From an uncultured Nitrososphaeraceae archaeon (GTDB taxonomy: Archaea; Thermoproteota; Nitrososphaeria; Nitrososphaerales; Nitrososphaeraceae): a stretch of 64,000 nt of DNA. Under the pieces are notes generated by a model. It saw only the letters and a program-made list of their open reading frames with translations. It was not told the origin of the DNA and searched no databases. The position numbers and the translations under genes were made by a program. Positions 58,043-64,000 of this stretch are shown one piece after another (within the stretch, counting starts at the first letter, position 1; every line of letters begins with the position of its first letter). The DNA is taken from positions 160,001-224,000 of the forward strand of contig CAWIMJ010000012.1 in assembly GCA_963837175.1 (NCBI GenBank), in the 5' to 3' direction.

Positions 58043-60257
58043 TCATGCCTTTCGTAGGATTCTGTCAAGATCTTGTTTCTTCTCTAAAATGTCTTTCCAA
58101 TAGTTTTCTCCAGATTTTTTGATTGCATCAAAGGCATTTAATATGGTAAAATCAGTAGGAAGTATACTCTGTAATTCTTCCCATTTGATTGGCATAGAGA
58201 CAGTAGCTGAAATAGTTGGTCTGGCAGAAAAGACAGACGCTATTGTTTTACCAATAGAATTCTGATTATAATCAAAAAAGACTTTTCCTTTTCGGTTATG
58301 AGTATCCCATTCCATTGTAACTTTTTGAGGATACCTCCTAACTAGCATCTTACCTATAGTCTTAGCAAATCTTCTTGTTTGATCAAAGGAATATAAATTC
58401 TTAATTGGAACAAGGATATGCAGTCCGGTCTTTCCTGATGTCTTTACATATGAATTAATATTGAGCATATCAAAAAGATCTTTTAGATTATAAGCTATCT
58501 CAACTGTTGCTTTGAAGCTATTGATGTTATATACAGGTTCTCCTTCTTCTTCTTTTATCATGCCTGAATAGATATATGGATCCAGATCAAAGACAATAAA
58601 ATCAGGATAATTTAGTCCACACTTTTCCTCATTTAGTATATCAACAGCTGTGGATGAGTAAGAAGAATAATCTGCAGCAATATCTTTACAAGCATTATAG
58701 TCTTTTATTCTGCTATACCATGGATGTATTTCAATACATCCAAGATTTGCAATCCAAAGTAAAGCGTCTTTATTATTACATACTAAATGAGTGTTGATAC
58801 TACCAGTAGACTTAGAATATACTTGCACCGTATTGACAAATTCTGGCTTTTCTTTATCTCCCCAATTTTTATGGAAAAAGTGCTCTCCTGTAATGCCGTC
58901 AGGATATCGACTTAATGATAAAGGCCTATCTTTAAGATAGGGAAGTATATAACTGCTAACCTTGTGATAATACTCAATTAAATCTGCTTTTGTTAGTTCT
59001 GGATGTTCTAAAGTCTTTGGCCAGTATACTTTATCAAGATTAGAAAATAAATTTTTTCTGCTTCCTTTAATGTCTATTGTTAGTAGGTATTATTGTGCTG
59101 GTAGTGACTCGCGACTTTGTTGTATTTGTTATAGACGATTGATGATGCTGAGATTCAATAACCTGTTCCGTGTGACTTTCTTTCTCAATTATACACTCTT
59201 CAGGCCTTTTATCTTCTCTAAATCTAAGAAATATCGGTGATCTCATAATTTTTTCTTTTGTCCATCCGCTAAACTTTACCTCTACTACCAGCTCAGGCTT
59301 GATCCAAACTGGTTCCCGATTAGTATACGGTATAAATTTAGCTGGACATTCTTCAGTCTTCATTTGTTGAAGTTTACTGTATATTTCGTAAAGCTGACCA
59401 AAGTCAAACCCACTTCCAGTATGACCCGCAAACCTCAATTCCTTTTCCGGAACTTCATAAATTGCAAGTAGAAGAGATCCAAAATATCCTCGTCTATTTC
59501 CTTCTCCTCTTGTATATCCTATTACTACACAATCTTGCGACTTTATGTTCTTGATCTTTAACCAATTAGTAGACCTTGCTCCTTGAATATATTTACTGTA
59601 TTTGTTCTTTGCGACAATGCCTTCAAGGTGCATACTTTTGATTCTTTGAAAAATATCTATACCATGTTCATTAACAAAATCAGATATTCGTATTCTATCA
59701 TTAGTTTGAATAATGGCATCAGATAGTTTCTTCCGCCTTTCTAAAAATGTTAAAGATTGTAAATTCCTTCCATCAATATATAGAATATCAAACAAATAAT
59801 ATGTGGCGGGCAGTTTACGGGATAGTTTTTCTATATCTTTAATAGAATCTACATTCATTCTTCTTTGATGACTCTGAAAATCAGGTTGGCCTTCTCTATT
59901 TAATATGACTATTTCGCCATCTAAAATAATTGATTCTTTGCAGTTTATTATTCCTGATGATTTCACTGCTTCTATAATTTCAGGATACCTATGTGTAATT
60001 GTCTTTCCATTACGGGAGATTATCTTTAAGATTCCTTTTGTTTTGTGTAAAAAGAAAATAGCTCTTACTCCATCCCATTTAACTTCAAATATCCATTCTT
60101 TATTATCAAATGGTTTGTCGATCAGAGCAGCTAGCATAGGTTTAATTGTAGTTGGAAATTCAGAGGAATCAATGGCATCTTTAATTATTCCGTCATGATA
60201 GTAGTAGTAGCCATCTACAGTATTGTTATCTTTGTTAGTATTGATAGAAGTTATCAT
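58043..60257 (-). CDS. ligD: LigD-type ATP-dependent DNA ligase plus primase-polymerase, split by a frameshift at about 59070-59090
   Basis: Ligase: EVKWDG, LDGEIV, FDIL, EGIVAK, WLKIK. Polymerase: SNLDKVYWP, TKADLIEYY, RYPDG, FDLDP, KTSGKTGLH, DYNQN. The polymerase frame has no start codon of its own upstream of SNLDK. Confidence 0.9.
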
Positions 60258-60421
60258 TTACCTCTCTTCTTTCTAATTGATAATCTTGCTTACTACTTTA
60301 AGTGACTATCTGTAAATGCAGCCAACTCCCAGGAATTGTTGTTTATTCATAATTAAAAAAATTAAGGGGATAATGCTATTTTTATCTCCTCCACTGATTT
60401 GAGGTATTATCAGTAAGTTGT

Positions 60422-60694
60422 TTAGTCCTCTTTTTTCTTTATCCATTCATTTCCCTTTTTCTTGTAGTCTTTCTTGACAGCCGACCATGCAACCTTGTGT
60501 GCTACTTGTTCTGCACTCTGTCTTTTTCCGCCGTGTCTTTTTCCAGGATTTTGATATTGCTCTATAGCATTGGCATGAGCTTTTTTATATATATGCTGTG
60601 CATGCTCTGGTAGAGAATCTATTTGCTTTTTTGTCCTAGCAGATAATTGTTTATCCACTCTATTACTTCCTCCTTCCTTTTTGGACTTCGGCAT
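60422..60694 (-). CDS. chaB: ChaB family protein
   Basis: LPEHAQHIYKKA, AHKVAWSAVKK.YKK..W. Confidence 0.88.
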   Translation of the reverse strand: MPKSKKEGGSNRVDKQLSARTKKQIDSLPEHAQHIYKKAHANAIEQYQNPGKRHGGKRQSAEQVAHKVAWSAVKKDYKKKGNEWIKKKED

Positions 60695-61133
60695 TTGATG
60701 ATAAAATTATATAAAACACAATATAAAAGCCTGACGTTAGAGGTTATTGACGTGTATAATATCATCTTCCATTTTTTTGTTTAATAGATATGTCGCTATG
60801 TACATTTAACCGGATAACTAGAGATGAAGTTAGTGTCATACTGTAAAGAATCGAAATGAATACTTTAGTCTTATTGCTTTAGATATAAATGTCATCTTAT
60901 ATTATTAGATGGAATATTGAATTTAAACAGAAAATAATCCCTTACTGTAAAGTTCCATTTAGCAGTAACAGCCGCAACATCACTTGATCATAGCAGCACA
61001 GTTGAAGATGATGCTTCTCTAAAAGCACGAATTTTCTTGGCAACATTTTTCACAAATAATCATTAAAAGTAAAATAATTCATATAAATATTTATTTATAC
61101 AGTTTGTCATAACTTACATAGAGTTGGAATAAA

Positions 61134-61683
61134 ATGATGGGACAGTCTAATAGTGAAGTAAACAAGAGAATGCTATCTGAAACTGCCACTTTTAGAATTG
61201 ATCAAGGCATACTCAATGAATTACGTAAAGAATTTAAACAAAATATGGAAAGCCTCAATGTAGTGATAAATAAATACTAAAATCATATGTTAATCATCAT
61301 GTGCGTTTACGCAAACCCGGATATTTTCAACGGACCTCCCCGCAAGAATATTTGATGATCTTAATGATGAATTAATGGATAAAATTGCAAGATTATGTAA
61401 AATACGAATTCAAGGAACACATACAGATGGTAGGACTAGAAGATACTTTTTCATCCTTATGTAGAAGGACTTTGCAGGTGGTTAGAAGAGTCAGGTTTTC
61501 CTTAGGGACATCATGAGACTAATGATGCTGACACATACACCATATGATTTGATATGGGGACAAGATATTCTGTCTTTTTTGGAAAATATATTCAACCTAT
61601 AGCTGAGCATTTTGAACTAAAAAATTCAAAACTAGAAGTAACAATAATACTATAATGTTTAAAATTCAGAGAGAATAATCTAA
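61134..61683 (+). pseudogene. Ribbon-helix-helix-type regulator remnant
   Basis: SETATFRIDQGILNELRKE..ESLNVVINK followed by several frameshifts and stops. Confidence 0.55.
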
Positions 61684-61694
61684 GTAGGAAAGTA

Positions 61695-62579
61695 TCAACT
61701 TGAAGGAGGAATTATTAGCAGATCTCTTTCCTTAAGTAGTAAAGATCTATTGCAATCTTTACTATGATTGTAGTTGTTATTGTATATCTTTACATCTAAT
61801 ATGTTGATGTTACCATTCCTGTTGTTGTTTGTAATTTCAATGCGCTTGTCAAATCGTGGAAGAAGAATTTTGTCATATGCATATGATTTGTTTTGATGCT
61901 GCTGTTGCTGCTGAAAAGATACCACAACTAACGTATTCTCATTTTTTTTAATTGAATAAATGATTTCTTTTATCAAGGATATTGCTTCGTCGCGATCGAT
62001 GGAAGGATCCTTGGTGAACAAATTTAACAGATCAGCGATCACCACTACTCCTGCATTACCATCAAATTGTTGCTGAATCACTCTAGGTAATTCATAAATT
62101 AGTAAATCTGCTAATTGGTAGATTGTAAACGCTCTGGTTACCATTATATTCTGCAAGACCTTCTTAATATTCAGTCCATATTGTCGTGCAAAATTTACAC
62201 ATTGATAAACGTCTGAGCAGGTACCTCCAGCATCAACAAAGATCACATTTGTAGATTCAAATCCACCCTGTCTTTTTGACATTAAAGAGCGAACACATAG
62301 TCTCATAAGAATTGTGTTTGTGTATTTTCTTTCATCACTTACAATACACACACAGTCTGCAATTGTAAGACTAATAAACGAATCTATCTTTTCAATATCA
62401 AAAGTAAGTATTCTTCTTCTACTTCTTCTTTTGTCCTCAATATCAGAGTATGCTGTTTTGAACCTTGGTAATGATGAGAGTGATTGTTCTGACGACGATA
62501 ATGTAGATGATAAGTACTGCTGATAGTGCTGATTACTAGGACTGTTACTACTACTATCGCCATCACTATCCAACCTCAT
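61695..62579 (-). CDS. Inactive RadA/Rad51-like ATPase paralog
   Basis: VIFVDAGG, GLNIKKVLQNI.V.RAFTIYQL, VVVIAD; no Walker A GxxxxGKT. Confidence 0.75.
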   Translation of the reverse strand: MRLDSDGDSSSNSPSNQHYQQYLSSTLSSSEQSLSSLPRFKTAYSDIEDKRRSRRRILTFDIEKIDSFISLTIADCVCIVSDERKYTNTILMRLCVRSLMSKRQGGFESTNVIFVDAGGTCSDVYQCVNFARQYGLNIKKVLQNIMVTRAFTIYQLADLLIYELPRVIQQQFDGNAGVVVIADLLNLFTKDPSIDRDEAISLIKEIIYSIKKNENTLVVVSFQQQQQHQNKSYAYDKILLPRFDKRIEITNNNRNGNINILDVKIYNNNYNHSKDCNRSLLLKERDLLIIPPSS

Positions 62580-62880
62580 TTGGGGAACTGACTATTCTAC
62601 CGTATAGTACCTAATAAAAATTGTATTATACTACTAATATTATTATGGAGTAGTTAGTTAGTCAATATATATTCGTTTTTTTGCTATTGAGGTAGTAGAA
62701 TAAACATATACACTGAGCCTCTATCTTATATTTTGATTTGTTGAACTATTGAACAATGAACAACATATTAACCATTACAAAAACATAAGAAAGCAGCCTA
62801 TTGAATTACAATCTATGCTATTTTTGGATGTTGAAGTTTGGGTGAGTGTTGGTGGTGGTAGTAGTGGTAGAAGTGATAAT

Positions 62881-62960
<80 letters not shown>

Positions 62961-62965
62961 TTAAA

Positions 62966-63460
62966 CTACATAGCCTTGCTAAAATCCCATGCTGAGAAGA
63001 ATTTTGGTGTAATTTCAATCACAACCTCGTTCCCATTTTTAGTATTTTCTATTATCATCTTGGCAACAGGATGTTCAAGCGTACCCAGGTACTTTATGTT
63101 TATCTTTTCTACTATTGGCAAGTTCTTCTGCGTATCTTCAAATATTCTTGCTACTCCTCTTCCCTTCACTCCCTTGTAAGGATATTTCTCCTCGTCAATA
63201 GAAAAATAAATCTTGTCAGGATTTCTCAGAATATTCTTAATCTTCTTTGACATTTTTGAGGTGGCTGTGTATATCTTGCCGGATTCTTTGTCATAAAGGA
63301 ACCATGCAGGCTGGATCATAGGATATCCTTCTTCGTCAATAGTTGCGATCTGTATGTTGAGTTTGCTTTCAAGAAATTCTTCAACTTCTGTCTCAGTGAC
63401 AGATTTGGGCATGCCTGGAATAGCTTGGATGACTTTCAATGTACGTCTTTTAAACGTCAA
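62966..63460 (-). CDS. Pyridoxamine 5'-phosphate oxidase-like (PPOX class, probably F420/FMN-binding) protein
   Basis: IATIDEEGYP..PAWF, SKKIKNI..NP, YKGV.G.G.A, SAWDF. Confidence 0.85.
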   Translation of the reverse strand: MTFKRRTLKVIQAIPGMPKSVTETEVEEFLESKLNIQIATIDEEGYPMIQPAWFLYDKESGKIYTATSKMSKKIKNILRNPDKIYFSIDEEKYPYKGVKGRGVARIFEDTQKNLPIVEKINIKYLGTLEHPVAKMIIENTKNGNEVVIEITPKFFSAWDFSKAM

Positions 63461-64000
63461 CTTTTGATATAAACATTGGGAGTAGGAAAAGAATATTCTT
63501 GGCGTGTGTGTATGTGTCTATGCCAGCGGCTAATAGAAGAATCAACCCCGGCCCAGAGCGAATGATGATGAAACGCATGTAGTTATTATGATGAGATTGT
63601 TGTGTAATATTTCATCGATATTGATGAAAAATGTACCATACGATGCAAATTTCCGAACGCTTGGAAATTTTGAACCTGTCCGTATCTGGTTGATTATGTA
63701 ATATTTTTTTCTTATCAAGTACTATAAATCAATTCTTCCATCATCTTCCTCTTTTCATAATTAATATCACGATGACGGAACTGTGTAACTGCGATGAGGT
63801 GCTTGCGCTTAGTTTCTTATCCTATAGAACAATTTCATTTCAAATGCCCTCTAGTAAATGAGACTTGATAGACTTTGATAGGATTTTCTTCTTTACCTGT
63901 TGCTTCCTCTTCGTCTACTGAACAAGTAAGATATTGATTTGCCCCACCATCTCCAACAAATGATACATTGTTCATCGAAATTCTTATATAATATAATTTC

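Overview
AT-rich archaeal DNA, most consistent with a soil ammonia-oxidising archaeon (Nitrososphaeraceae). The basis is the gins23-mcm/rfcS block, a stand-alone rpl2 divergent from cdc48, and cbiA, bluB, queC/E-folE and cupredoxin genes. Core blocks (uvrA-uvrC; cdc48-rpl2-nth; mcm-gins-rfcS-folE-queE-queC) alternate with accessory DNA rich in pseudogenes. The accessory DNA includes two dead IS elements with TIRs and TSDs (IS5/ISH1-like and IS6) and two perfect tandem repeats. Highlights: (1) two tandem small proteins with a HiPIP-like 4-Cys pattern next to a membrane-anchored type-1 copper protein; (2) a 5-TM sulfite-oxidase-family molybdoenzyme with an internal Tat-like motif, next to a Moco operon and tatC; (3) frameshifts that recur at GCWGC sites, including one in cdc48, suggesting a DNA-modification-linked sequencing error; (4) a perfect 13-bp x20 array with flanking inverted motifs; (5) an unannotated 10-Cys metallothionein-like ORF and two Met-rich exported proteins; (6) a LigD ligase-polymerase locus next to an inactive RadA paralog. 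All calls come from motifs read by eye; no database search was run.
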